Assembly (NCBI GenBank): GCA_965231035.1
Contig: OZ246409.1
Span: 508,324-572,323 of the forward strand
Direction of reading: 5' to 3'
Source of the DNA: an uncultured Muribaculaceae bacterium
Lineage (GTDB): Bacteria > Pseudomonadota > Alphaproteobacteria > Rs-D84
DNA length: 64,000 nucleotides
Shown piece after piece: positions 50,837-60,792 of this stretch; positions within the stretch are counted from its first letter, which is position 1; the number at the start of each line of letters is the position of its first letter. The position numbers and the translations under genes are program-made. The notes below the pieces were generated by a model. That model was not told the origin of the DNA, made no database searches, and saw nothing but the letters and a program-made list of their open reading frames with translations.

Positions 50837-51910
50837 CTAACCTTTTTGGTTTAATCGCAGTTGCCCACAGGCACTGCCGATATCTTGACCTCGCTCTCTC
50901 CGAATTCTGGTGTGAATACCGTTTTTAATCAATATATCCTGGAATCTGTGTACCGCATTCCCAGAAGGTGACTTAAAATCACGTTCATCAACCGCATTCC
51001 ATGGTATTAAATTTACCATACAGTTCTTGGTTGTCAATAATTTTGACAATTCTTCGGCATTTTCGACCGAATCGTTTGTCCCAGCCAACAATATATATTC
51101 AATCATCAATTGACGGTTATTTTTGGCCACAAATTCAAACGCAGCGTCTATAACCTGTTCCAGATTATACTTTGTGTTTATAGGCATTAAACGTTCACGC
51201 AGGGCATCGTTTGGTGCGTGTAATGATATTGCCAGATTAACTGGTTGCCCCCATTCAATCAATCTTTGTATTCCAGGAACAATACCGCATGTTGAAACAG
51301 TAATCTTTCGCCAGCCAATTCCCAAATCTTGGTGCAGTCTTTCCATAAAGCCAATTGTGTTTTCTGTATTTTGTAAAGGTTCGCCAGTGCCCATAATAAC
51401 CACATGTGAAACATCGTTATTATTTGGGTCACCGTTGGGTTTTACGTTTTTATTGTCGTTATCGCCACGAAGTGCCCAACCGGCGGTTAAAACCTGGGCA
51501 AACATTTCATTTACGGTCAAATTGCGTTTTAATCCCAGTAATGTGCTGGCGCAGAACTTACATCCCATTGCACAGCCTGCCTGTGAGCTGACACAGACAC
51601 TGTTCCCATAGCTGGTTCGCATTAAAACGGATTCTATTTGTTCTCCGTCTGCCATTTCCAGCAAAAATTTAGTGGTTTGACCATCAGATGATTCAAGCTT
51701 TTTAACAATCTTGCAGGGCAGGGTTGTTGCAATCTTATCCAAGTCGTTACGCAGATCTTCTGGAAGGTTTTTCATAACAGAAAAATCAGGTGCCCCCCTT
51801 TCCAACCATTCATTGATTTGTTTTGCACGAAATTTTGGCTGACTGATGGATACAATAAATTGTTCCAGTTGAGCAGGGGTCATATTGAAAAGAATTTGCT
51901 TATCAATCAT
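50837..51910 (-). CDS. rlmN: Dual-specificity RNA methyltransferase RlmN (radical SAM; 23S rRNA A2503 and tRNA A37 C2-methylation)
   Basis: Radical-SAM CAMGCKFCAS, conserved LIPWN and C-terminal GQDIGSACGQL (the second catalytic Cys). Contains an Asn/Asp-rich insert (DNDNKNVKPNGDPNNNDVSH). Confidence 0.9.
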   Translation of the reverse strand: MIDKQILFNMTPAQLEQFIVSISQPKFRAKQINEWLERGAPDFSVMKNLPEDLRNDLDKIATTLPCKIVKKLESSDGQTTKFLLEMADGEQIESVLMRTSYGNSVCVSSQAGCAMGCKFCASTLLGLKRNLTVNEMFAQVLTAGWALRGDNDNKNVKPNGDPNNNDVSHVVIMGTGEPLQNTENTIGFMERLHQDLGIGWRKITVSTCGIVPGIQRLIEWGQPVNLAISLHAPNDALRERLMPINTKYNLEQVIDAAFEFVAKNNRQLMIEYILLAGTNDSVENAEELSKLLTTKNCMVNLIPWNAVDERDFKSPSGNAVHRFQDILIKNGIHTRIRRERGQDIGSACGQLRLNQKG

Positions 51911-52743
51911 ATTTTATAATTTTTATCATTTATAATAATAACAGCCTTGCGACGTAATTGTTTTAACTGTTGATCGGCTGTGAACATTGCTTTTTTATAA
52001 ATAGCATTTTGTTTTATAATGTCATCCAGTTTTCCATATTCTTTGGTCTTTTTAATATCACATACCAAGAATACTGAATTATCCTGGGGTTTTGACCAAG
52101 TCAACTTTGGCAAGCCCACAACAGCTTCGCGAACATCTTCGGATAGTTCATATTGTTGAGCTGTAAATTTTTGTGGTGCACCACCAAATTTGCGTGCAAT
52201 ATCCATTGCGTCATCACAGCTTTTTGGTTTTGTTAATTTTGCAGAAACATCGGATGGAATATCAATTAATCTGACCAGTGTCATTTCCAATGGTAAACCT
52301 TTGGCACGTTCCAAGTCCTGTTTTTGTTGATCTATTTCACTGTCAGAAACGTCTATGGTTGGAACAATTGTTCTGGCTACGACCATTTGCCACGCGATGT
52401 TCGCATTGACTGCTGTTTTTGCCATTGCAAGTTCTGTTGCTGTCATATCACCCAAATTCATAGAATTTAATTCTTTTTTAACGTCCTGGTCTGAAGGTTT
52501 TGCATTAAAGTTTGCTGCATAATCCAGTTTTACATAATCATCAATAATGTTTTGAAATGCCTTTCTGCGATTATCTGTGGACGTATCACCTTGCTTTGCC
52601 ATTAATTTAGTTCTGGCGGTTATGTCTGTGTCTGTTACAGGTCTGCCACCAATAGTTGCAACAACAGATGCAGCAAATGACGAAGTTATAACCGAAACAG
52701 AAAAAATAACCGTTGATAAAAGTTTTAATTTTACATTCTTCAT
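51907..52743 (-). CDS. SurA-like periplasmic chaperone (N-terminal SurA domain only, no parvulin domains)
   Basis: Signal peptide, SurA-N-like helical domain, located between lptD and rlmN where surA normally follows lptD. Confidence 0.55.
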   Translation of the reverse strand: MKNVKLKLLSTVIFSVSVITSSFAASVVATIGGRPVTDTDITARTKLMAKQGDTSTDNRRKAFQNIIDDYVKLDYAANFNAKPSDQDVKKELNSMNLGDMTATELAMAKTAVNANIAWQMVVARTIVPTIDVSDSEIDQQKQDLERAKGLPLEMTLVRLIDIPSDVSAKLTKPKSCDDAMDIARKFGGAPQKFTAQQYELSEDVREAVVGLPKLTWSKPQDNSVFLVCDIKKTKEYGKLDDIIKQNAIYKKAMFTADQQLKQLRRKAVIIINDKNYKI

Positions 52744-52757
52744 ATTTAATCCCTTTT

Positions 52758-54773
52758 TTACAATCTCATTCCACCAATGTTTAACCCAAATCGGAACTGT
52801 ATAGTTGTGTTTCCGACATAGTCTTCTTTGACCGCGTTATCGCGGCGATATTCCAAAGACAAGAAATAACAAGGGTGAGTGTAAACTATTCCACCTGTGT
52901 GACGTTGGAATTTAGAATCTGTAATGTTATAAATAGCGTTAAACTTTATTCCTACACGATCTGTCATTTGAATACCAAAACCACCAGATACTTCGTTTAT
53001 ATTTTTATCCATTGTGTGCGCGTCCAAGAACTGTGCGGCCCAAATATGACCAACGTCAAAATAATTTCTGGATGAGCCAATTCTGGCAGAATTTTCTATG
53101 TGTCGTAACGAGAAAGTATCTTGGGCCAAACGGAATCTGGTAGAAAACTGCAACCAATCTGTATTTTCATATCCAATTCTGCCGACATAATCAGATTGCC
53201 CGTTGTGAAATCCACTGTTTGGGTCTGTATCAATACGCTTGGTAAAGTCATAAGTTTGTCCCAAAAACGTTTCAATGTTTTGTCCATTGTTATCAAAAGT
53301 TGCAAATCTGACACCGTAATCGCTGAATGTTCCATTTTCCCACAAATCTAATCCAGAAAAACGATTGTCAGAAAATAGTGTCGCATCTGACAATAATGCA
53401 CCCGCAGAATCATTGTTTAAAGCAAATGCAGAATCATCCAAATTTTTCATAGTTGTTATTCTGGCGCGTGGTTCTATGATTTGTGTCCAATCCTCGCCAC
53501 TGCGTGCCAAAGGCAAACCCCATTCCAAATAACCACTTGGTAAAAATCTTGATTTTACACCGGTAAAATTTGTTCCATCAATCATTTCTGTGTTACTGAA
53601 ATTGTAAACATCATATCTGGCAGATAAATTAGCAGTAACACGATTTCCACCCCACATTGTCCATGGGGATACTATGCTGGATTCACCAATAACACGTTGG
53701 CTGGATACGCCAGACCCAGACACCCCAAGAACGTCAGTATTCAAACGAAGATATGTTTGTTCAAATAAAGGGTCTGTTTGATAAACACCACGAATGTTTG
53801 GTAAAATATCACCATTCGGCGCTAAATACTTTCCACTGGCAGTACGAAGTTCTTGAAACACATGTGTATCCGCAACCGCATATCCAGAATGTCCAAAAAC
53901 TTCCACCTTGCCACCTGAATCCAAGTACGGTTGGTCACGATAGAATCCATATTTTTGCAAATAAGTTTTATCAGATGCACGTTGTAAAAATAATATTGTT
54001 CTGACATGGTCACCCATTTCAATAACATCTTTATTAAAGGCATGCCAACGGTTTAACCCTTCTTTGTTATTTGTATAAGATCCAGAAGTTCTAAATTCAG
54101 AATAATTACCATTCAGGCGATGTTCCACCTGAAATAGCGGATTTTCGTTAGTTAGATACGAAAACTTTAATGTTGCATCGTGTTTTTCCGAAAAAGAAAG
54201 ATAAAGAGGAATATTAAATTGTGTTCCCATATTATTTGTAGAATTTAAATCGGGTATTAACAAACCACTTTTATGTTTAACAGTTGGGTCTGGCATATCA
54301 AAAAAAGGAAGCCATGCAACAGGAACTTTGTAAACCCAAAACACAGGGTAATCAAAAGTTATTATTTTATTGTTGGTACTGTGGGTCATCATAGACGAAG
54401 ATATTTCCCAAGCATTTCCAAAGGAATCGCATTTATAGCAGGCTGTGAAAGTTGCATTTTCTGAAATTGTATCACCATCTTTGCGAGTAACTTTTTCTGC
54501 TGTGACGTGAACATTATCATCCAACCAAATTTCTATATTATTACCAGATGTATCTTGACCTTTGTTTGAAATATAAGAATCTGTCAAAGTCATCTTTTGT
54601 CCAGACGTATTTTTAATCTCGGTCTGACCAGTTGTTTTTATAGCTTCGGATTTTATATTATATTCAATTTTTGGTGCAGAAATTGTTTTTGCAGATTCTA
54701 TATCAACCAACTGCCCAGCAATTGATGCGCTGGGAATAAGAAAAAATAAAAATGCGGGTTTAATCAATTTCAT
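52758..54773 (-). CDS. lptD: LPS-assembly protein LptD (OstA)
   Basis: Signal peptide, N-terminal OstA jellyroll domain, large C-terminal beta-barrel region. Confidence 0.85.
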   Translation of the reverse strand: MKLIKPAFLFFLIPSASIAGQLVDIESAKTISAPKIEYNIKSEAIKTTGQTEIKNTSGQKMTLTDSYISNKGQDTSGNNIEIWLDDNVHVTAEKVTRKDGDTISENATFTACYKCDSFGNAWEISSSMMTHSTNNKIITFDYPVFWVYKVPVAWLPFFDMPDPTVKHKSGLLIPDLNSTNNMGTQFNIPLYLSFSEKHDATLKFSYLTNENPLFQVEHRLNGNYSEFRTSGSYTNNKEGLNRWHAFNKDVIEMGDHVRTILFLQRASDKTYLQKYGFYRDQPYLDSGGKVEVFGHSGYAVADTHVFQELRTASGKYLAPNGDILPNIRGVYQTDPLFEQTYLRLNTDVLGVSGSGVSSQRVIGESSIVSPWTMWGGNRVTANLSARYDVYNFSNTEMIDGTNFTGVKSRFLPSGYLEWGLPLARSGEDWTQIIEPRARITTMKNLDDSAFALNNDSAGALLSDATLFSDNRFSGLDLWENGTFSDYGVRFATFDNNGQNIETFLGQTYDFTKRIDTDPNSGFHNGQSDYVGRIGYENTDWLQFSTRFRLAQDTFSLRHIENSARIGSSRNYFDVGHIWAAQFLDAHTMDKNINEVSGGFGIQMTDRVGIKFNAIYNITDSKFQRHTGGIVYTHPCYFLSLEYRRDNAVKEDYVGNTTIQFRFGLNIGGMRL

Positions 54774-55852
54774 TTTTTAAACAAGGCAAACAGTATTCCA
54801 GATAAAACAATTAATTGAGCTAACATCAATATTCCAAGTTGTGGTAAAGTTTCAACCATATTTGATGCAGACATAAAAAACGCCGAAACAATAGCCATTA
54901 CAGCCACAGCAATAACTGGAGCAAAACTGGTTCTGCGACGCAACAAAGAAGTTCTAAGTAAAATAACAAGACATAGTGCAGCCAGGATAACATTCATCAA
55001 TGGGCTTAACAGTCTTGTATAAATCTCGGTCAGGGTAAGTTTTTGTTGTTTCTTTAAAAGTTCATCTGAGGTTTTGAAAGATCTTTGATCCCAAGCATTT
55101 TTCAAAAGTTGTGTTGTTGGTATTCGTCTGACTTTGAATACAGATTCACCAACCCTGTCAGCAATATTTAAATCCATATCAAAACTATCAAAAGTTCCAA
55201 TTGTTAAATTATCATCTCTGGATTGTAATGAACCATTATTCATAACAATAGAAAGGCCACGGGCAGTGGAAATTAATTTTCCTTTTTCTGCAAATATTGT
55301 CCTTTCGGCACGTGGACTACGTGAATCATAAAGAATTATTTGTGATAAATCGTAACCAGATACTTTATCCACATAAACGACTAAACCTTCGGCCATTTGG
55401 TTAAATGCTGATTCTTTTAATTTCATATGTGCCAAGCCGTAACGTAATTCCCATTGAGTATCGTAAAACTTGGCCTGGGTTACTGGGACAGCCCAAATAT
55501 TTAAACCCCAATTTATAATTGTTAAAAACAAAACCAAAACCATAGCAGGTTTTGCAACTTGACGTGGGGACAGGCCTGATGCCGCTAAAACTGTAATTTC
55601 ATTATCGCTTATCAATTTGTTGTAAACAAACATAATCGCAATAAAAGTAACAAAAGGTATTATGATTGAAACAATAAAAGGAATCATCAGAACTGTCAGA
55701 CCAATAAAACTGTATACTTCTACACCATAATTTATAAGGAACTTCATCAAGGACATGATTTGCAACATCCATGCAAGACCGGTCAAAACCAAAAGCAACA
55801 TTGTAAATATTGTAATCAGTTGCTTTGTAAAGTAGCGTTTGATAATTTTCAT
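54770..55852 (-). CDS. LPS export ABC permease, LptF/LptG (YjgP/YjgQ) family
   Basis: Six-TM permease with a periplasmic beta-jellyroll insert. Overlaps the lptD start. Only one LptF/G paralog is in the window. Confidence 0.8.
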   Translation of the reverse strand: MKIIKRYFTKQLITIFTMLLLVLTGLAWMLQIMSLMKFLINYGVEVYSFIGLTVLMIPFIVSIIIPFVTFIAIMFVYNKLISDNEITVLAASGLSPRQVAKPAMVLVLFLTIINWGLNIWAVPVTQAKFYDTQWELRYGLAHMKLKESAFNQMAEGLVVYVDKVSGYDLSQIILYDSRSPRAERTIFAEKGKLISTARGLSIVMNNGSLQSRDDNLTIGTFDSFDMDLNIADRVGESVFKVRRIPTTQLLKNAWDQRSFKTSDELLKKQQKLTLTEIYTRLLSPLMNVILAALCLVILLRTSLLRRRTSFAPVIAVAVMAIVSAFFMSASNMVETLPQLGILMLAQLIVLSGILFALFKK

Positions 55853-56262
55853 AAGTTAGGTTGTGTTGACACTATTTATACACCAACGGCGGCAGGGAAT
55901 TTCAATCAAGAACCAGGATTTTTGCGTAGAATGTATATTATACATCCAAGCAGAAATCCGCAGTTATTGATTCAAATTCACACCGTTTTGTTACTTTGCC
56001 CTGCCTCTGTTATATAAATATATCATCTATTTGCGAAAATCATCTTGCTGTATAACATACAGCCACGCCAGTTTTCACAAATATCTAATATATTTATATA
56101 ACATCGTTGGCGTATAAATAGTGCCAACACAACCTAGTATAAAGCCCAAACACGCCAGCGTCAAGCATCAACCCAGCCATTTTTCAGTAAAAATTATGTT
56201 TTTACTTGCATTTTATCGATTCGGTGTTAATAATTAGCCTGTTCTTAAATAAAAATTTGAGG

Positions 56263-56292
56263 GCGGGGTTGAAGAACCCCGCTCTTTCAATA
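56263..56292 (+). promoter_or_regulatory. GC-rich stem-loop (GGGCGGGGUU-GAAG-AACCCCGCUC) in the nusA leader, directly 5' of the RBS
   Basis: 10-bp stem read directly; followed by CTTTC then AAGGAG-N8-ATG. Confidence 0.5.
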
Positions 56293-56308
56293 AGCAAGGA
56301 GAAGTAAA

Positions 56309-57850
56309 ATGTCTTTTGTTTCAATGCCGCGTCAGGATTTATTATTGGCTATAGATTCTTTGGCCCAGGAAAAGCAAATAGAAAAAAATATTGTAATAGA
56401 ATCGCTAGAAGCTGCTATTGCCAAAATTGCCAAGCATAAGTTTGGTGAGGAATTTAATATTGTTGCAAATATTGATCGTAAAAATGGATCGATACATGTA
56501 AAACGATTGTTTGATGTTATTGAATCACCTGAATCTGTTGGCGAAGAAGAATATAATTCAAATACAATGTTAACTGTGGCCCAAGCTAAAAAATATTCCA
56601 AAGATCCACATGTTGGTGATGTTATCGAAGATAATCTGCCAGAACCTGAATTTGGTCGTATGGCTTTTCAAACTGCAAAACAAATTATGACTGCACGTGT
56701 CAGAGATGCAGAAAAAGGTCGTCAATTTGAAGAATTTAAAGAAAATATTGGTGACATTGTTAATGGTATTGTTAAACGTATTGAATTTGGGAATGTTTTT
56801 GTTGATATTAACGGCAAGGCCGAAGGTTATATCAAAGGTACAGAATTAATTCCAGGCGAACGTTTGGCTGCTGGTGACCGTGTTCGTGCTTTGATTATGG
56901 ATGTTGCACGTTCTAACTCTGGCCCACAGATTTTCTTGACCAGAACACATCCTATGTTTATGGAAAAACTGTTTGTCCAAGAAGTTCCTGAAATTTATGA
57001 AGGTATTATCAAAATTAAATCTGTTGCACGCGCACCAGGCTCACATGCAAAAATTGCAGTTGAAACATCTGATCCATCAGTTGACGCTGTTGGTATGACA
57101 GTTGGTATCAAGGGAACTCGTATTCAACCAGTTATTAACGAATGTCATGGTGAAAAAATCGACGTTATTTTATATTCCGAAGATCCTGCAGTATTTATCG
57201 TTAATTCTATGCAACCAGCCAAGGTTGCAAAAATTATTGTTGACGAAGATACACACACAGCAGCCGTAGTTGTTAATGAAGATCAACAATCTTTGGCAAT
57301 TGGTCGTCGCGGACAGAATGTTCGTTTGGCCTCTCAGTTGACTGGATGGAATATTGACGTTATGAGCGAAGCTGAAGAACAAGAACGCCGCGCCAAGGAA
57401 TTTAAAGAAAAGACAGAACTGTTCATCAAAGGATTAGATGTTGATGAAATGATTGCGCATCTGTTGATTACTGAAGGTTTCAGAACAATTGAAGAAATTG
57501 CATTTGTTGATACTGCTGAATTAGAAGAAATCGAAGGATTTAATCCAGAATTGGCATCAGAATTGCAAACGCGTGCTAAAACTTATTTGACCAAATTGGA
57601 ACAAGATTATAAAGAAGAAGGTCATAAATTAGGCATGAAAGATGATTTGTTGAACTTTGACTTTATCAAACGCCCGATTATAATGAAGTTGGGACATAGT
57701 GGTATTAGATCACTGGCGGATTTGGCGGACTTGGCAACCGATGAATTGGTTGAAATGTTAGGCGAAGATAATATGTCAGAACGTTTGGCTTCACGCGTTG
57801 TTATGAAGGCACGTGAATTGGCATATAATATAAAACAGGACGAAGAATAA
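56309..57850 (+). CDS. nusA: Transcription termination/antitermination factor NusA
   Basis: N-terminal domain, S1, two KH domains, C-terminal acidic repeat. SD AAGGAG. Confidence 0.93.
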   Translation: MSFVSMPRQDLLLAIDSLAQEKQIEKNIVIESLEAAIAKIAKHKFGEEFNIVANIDRKNGSIHVKRLFDVIESPESVGEEEYNSNTMLTVAQAKKYSKDPHVGDVIEDNLPEPEFGRMAFQTAKQIMTARVRDAEKGRQFEEFKENIGDIVNGIVKRIEFGNVFVDINGKAEGYIKGTELIPGERLAAGDRVRALIMDVARSNSGPQIFLTRTHPMFMEKLFVQEVPEIYEGIIKIKSVARAPGSHAKIAVETSDPSVDAVGMTVGIKGTRIQPVINECHGEKIDVILYSEDPAVFIVNSMQPAKVAKIIVDEDTHTAAVVVNEDQQSLAIGRRGQNVRLASQLTGWNIDVMSEAEEQERRAKEFKEKTELFIKGLDVDEMIAHLLITEGFRTIEEIAFVDTAELEEIEGFNPELASELQTRAKTYLTKLEQDYKEEGHKLGMKDDLLNFDFIKRPIIMKLGHSGIRSLADLADLATDELVEMLGEDNMSERLASRVVMKARELAYNIKQDEE

Positions 57851-57883
57851 ATTATTCAGGATTCTGTCGAAGGAGTAAATTGA

Positions 57884-60253
57884 ATGGCAACATTAACACT
57901 TGGAAAATCTGTAACAGTTGGTGCAGTACAAAGCAAAAAGGGCGATGCTGTTTTTGTTGAACGCCGCAGACGTGTTGTTGCACCAGATAGTCGTGAAATG
58001 CGGGACGAGCCTAAGGGGCCTTCTGCCGCGCGTTCTGCTGCTGATGAAAAGTTACGGGCAGTGTTAGAAGCAGCCAAGGCACGCGATGAAGAACGTCGTG
58101 CAAGGGAAGCTGAAGAAGAAGCATCCCGCAATGCACGTGAAGCTGAAATTGCACGTGAAACACGTGAATACGAACAAGTCAAAGAACAATTAGCTGCTCG
58201 TGAAACAACGACTTCGGAATCTGTCGCGGATGAAAAAAGTGTAAATCCAACAAAAAAAGTCTTTACAGGTAATTATCAACATAAAACTCATACCAGTGAA
58301 GAAGAAGCTCATTCCGTAAAAAATAATTTCAAGAAAGATTTTAAGAAAAATGGAAAAATATCTATTCATGATATTGTAATTGCAGACAGTGACGACGGAG
58401 AGGAAAAAATTGCAATCAAGGGTGCAAATCGTCGTCGTTCCGAGGCATCACTAAGACGTTTTCGTGAAAAGGCACGTGCGGCGTTTTCTGTACCACAAAA
58501 AGTTTCACATGAAGTTTCAATAGGTGACATTATTACTGTCAAAGATTTGGCAGCTGCTATGGCTGAAAAAGTTGGTAATGTTATCAAAAAGCTGATGGAA
58601 ATGGGAATGATGGTTTCCCAAAATCAATCTATTGATGCAGATACTGCTGAATTAGTTGCTTGTGAATTTGGTGCAACTGTAAAGCGAGTTGATGTAAAAC
58701 CATATGCAGAAATTCTTGAACGTCAGCCAAATGCAGAAAACCTTAAACACCGTGCACCAATTGTTACTGTGGTTGGACATGTTGATCATGGAAAAACATC
58801 TTTGTTAGATGCATTCCGTAATGCAAATGTTGTCGCAGGCGAAGCAGGTGGAATTACTCAACATATTTCTTCGTACGAGGTAAAATCTAAATCAGGTCAG
58901 ATGATTACATTTTTGGATACACCTGGTCATGAAACATTTACAGCTATGCGCGCACGTGGTGCACAGATGGCAGATATAGTGGTTTTGGTTGTTGCTGCAA
59001 ATGATTCAATTATGCCCCAGACTATCGAGGCGATTAACCATATTCGTGCAGCCAAGGTTCCATTTATTGTTGCAATTAATAAAATTGATTTGCCCGAAGC
59101 TAATCCGCAAAAAGTTAAAACAGATTTGTTACAGCAAGAAGTTCAAGTTGAAGAAATGGGCGGCGAAGTTCAAGCTGTTGAAATATCTGCAACAAAGAAG
59201 ATTGGTTTAGATAAACTGGAAGAAGCGATTTTATTACAGGCAGAAATGATGAATTTGAAAGCAGATTCAGATATGCCAGCAGTCGCAACTGTGGTCGAAG
59301 CTAAAATGGAAAAAGGACTGGGACCTGTTGCAACAATTTTGATGCGCCAGGGTACTTTGGAAATTGGAAATGTTTTTGTTGTTGGTGAAACATATGGTCG
59401 TGTTCGTGGATTGGTTAATTCGGCCGGCGAACGTGTAAAATCTGTTGGTCCAGCACAACCTGTTATGGTTTTGGGATTGGAATCTGTTCCAAATGCAGGC
59501 GATACATTTAATGTTATGGAAAACGAGGCTCAAACCCGAGAAGTTGCAGCATATCGTGCACAAAAGATTAAAGACAAGGCAAACGCTGCAAAACGTTCTT
59601 CATTGGAAGAAATGTTTGCAAAACGCGATGATACAAATAAAATGGTACTGCCAATTATTTTGCGCGCAGACGTCCAAGGCAGTGTCGAAGCTATTTCTGA
59701 TATGTTAAAAGATATAAACACTGACAAGGTTGGCGTTGACGTGTTGTCTGCTGGTGTTGGTCAAATTACGGAAGGTGATATCAGATTGGCAACAGCATCC
59801 AGTGCGGTCATAATTGCATTTAATGTTCGTGCAGATGGTTATGTTCGTGATATGGCACGTAATAATGGTGTTGATATCAGATACCATTCAGTCGTTTATC
59901 GTATTACTGATGAAATCAAAGAAATATTGTCTGGCAAATTAGCACCAGAAAAACGTGAAACATTTATTGGGTATGCCGATATTATAGCTTTGTTCACAGT
60001 GGGTAAGGGGGTCAAGGTTGCTGGATGTCGCGTAACCGAAGGTATTATTAAAAAAGATGCTTTTGTTCGTCTGCTGCGTGACAACGTTGTTTTATACGAT
60101 GGTAAGATAGGTGTTTTAAAGCGCGAAAAGAACGAGGTCAAAGAAGTCACAGTTGGTACAGAATTTGGTATGAGCTTTGATAAATATAATGACCTGAAAG
60201 AGGGTGATCGTGTAGAATGTTACGAGGTTGAAGAAATCAAAGCAAAGTTATAA
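57884..60253 (+). CDS. infB: Translation initiation factor IF-2
   Basis: Charged N-terminal region, G-domain [16 protein letters not shown] / DTPGHE / NKID, beta-barrel C-terminal domains. Confidence 0.93.
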   Translation: MATLTLGKSVTVGAVQSKKGDAVFVERRRRVVAPDSREMRDEPKGPSAARSAADEKLRAVLEAAKARDEERRAREAEEEASRNAREAEIARETREYEQVKEQLAARETTTSESVADEKSVNPTKKVFTGNYQHKTHTSEEEAHSVKNNFKKDFKKNGKISIHDIVIADSDDGEEKIAIKGANRRRSEASLRRFREKARAAFSVPQKVSHEVSIGDIITVKDLAAAMAEKVGNVIKKLMEMGMMVSQNQSIDADTAELVACEFGATVKRVDVKPYAEILERQPNAENLKHRAPIVTVVGHVDHGKTSLLDAFRNANVVAGEAGGITQHISSYEVKSKSGQMITFLDTPGHETFTAMRARGAQMADIVVLVVAANDSIMPQTIEAINHIRAAKVPFIVAINKIDLPEANPQKVKTDLLQQEVQVEEMGGEVQAVEISATKKIGLDKLEEAILLQAEMMNLKADSDMPAVATVVEAKMEKGLGPVATILMRQGTLEIGNVFVVGETYGRVRGLVNSAGERVKSVGPAQPVMVLGLESVPNAGDTFNVMENEAQTREVAAYRAQKIKDKANAAKRSSLEEMFAKRDDTNKMVLPIILRADVQGSVEAISDMLKDINTDKVGVDVLSAGVGQITEGDIRLATASSAVIIAFNVRADGYVRDMARNNGVDIRYHSVVYRITDEIKEILSGKLAPEKRETFIGYADIIALFTVGKGVKVAGCRVTEGIIKKDAFVRLLRDNVVLYDGKIGVLKREKNEVKEVTVGTEFGMSFDKYNDLKEGDRVECYEVEEIKAKL

Positions 60254-60254
60254 A

Positions 60255-60278
60255 AACGCCCAATTGGGCGTTTTTTTA
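60255..60278 (+). terminator. Intrinsic terminator after infB (ACGCCC-AAUU-GGGCGU then U7)
   Basis: Hairpin followed by TTTTTTT. Confidence 0.85.
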
Positions 60279-60331
60279 ATGAATATTGGACAGATTTACT
60301 TTAAAATACAAAAGATAAAAAAGAGGTTGTT

Positions 60332-60760
60332 ATGTCAGAAGGGTCATATACATCAAATGCGTACAAATCAGTAAATCACAAAGATAAAGATTATACTGTT
60401 GTTTGTGCTAATCATGCGCCAAATATAAATGTAAAAAGTGCCAAGATAATTTTTTGTAAAGAGGGTACAAATATAAAAATAGAAGAAAATTCATCTAAAA
60501 CTAAGATTTTTTATGGTCTTTGGTTTTCTCAAAAGAGTCGTATTTACAACAGGAATTATAAAATTTTTGAATACATTGTACCAAAAGAGGAAAATATCGA
60601 TTGGGATGAACAAATCAAATTAATATCTAAGCAAATATTAAATTGCAAAAAGCCTGAAAAAATAGCAAACGCAAAAGAAAAAATAGATGGAATAAAAAAT
60701 GCATTGGAAATTATCGAAGAAATGAAGGCAAGAAAGAGAGAAAAAGAGTTAAAAAAATAA
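60332..60760 (+). CDS. Hypothetical Lys-rich orphan protein (142 aa)
   Basis: Very A+T-rich ORF with its own terminators on both sides. No family recognised. Sits where rbfA follows infB in the classical operon but has no RbfA similarity. Confidence 0.45.
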   Translation: MSEGSYTSNAYKSVNHKDKDYTVVCANHAPNINVKSAKIIFCKEGTNIKIEENSSKTKIFYGLWFSQKSRIYNRNYKIFEYIVPKEENIDWDEQIKLISKQILNCKKPEKIANAKEKIDGIKNALEIIEEMKARKREKELKK

Positions 60761-60786
60761 AAAACCGCCATTTGGCGGTGGTTTAA
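60761..60786. terminator. Bidirectional intrinsic terminator (CCGCCA-UU-UGGCGG) between the orphan ORF and the bamB-like gene
   Basis: Hairpin flanked by AAAAA/GGTTT. Confidence 0.7.
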
Positions 60787-60792
60787 TTATGT

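Noticed and set aside
55880-56130. Possible rimP pseudogene remnant upstream of nusA
   Set aside because: There is only a weak SPG-like motif (NFNQEPGFLRR) in a frame that begins inside the lptF/G gene. No extended RimP similarity was recognised, so this is mentioned only as a low-confidence possibility within a finding.
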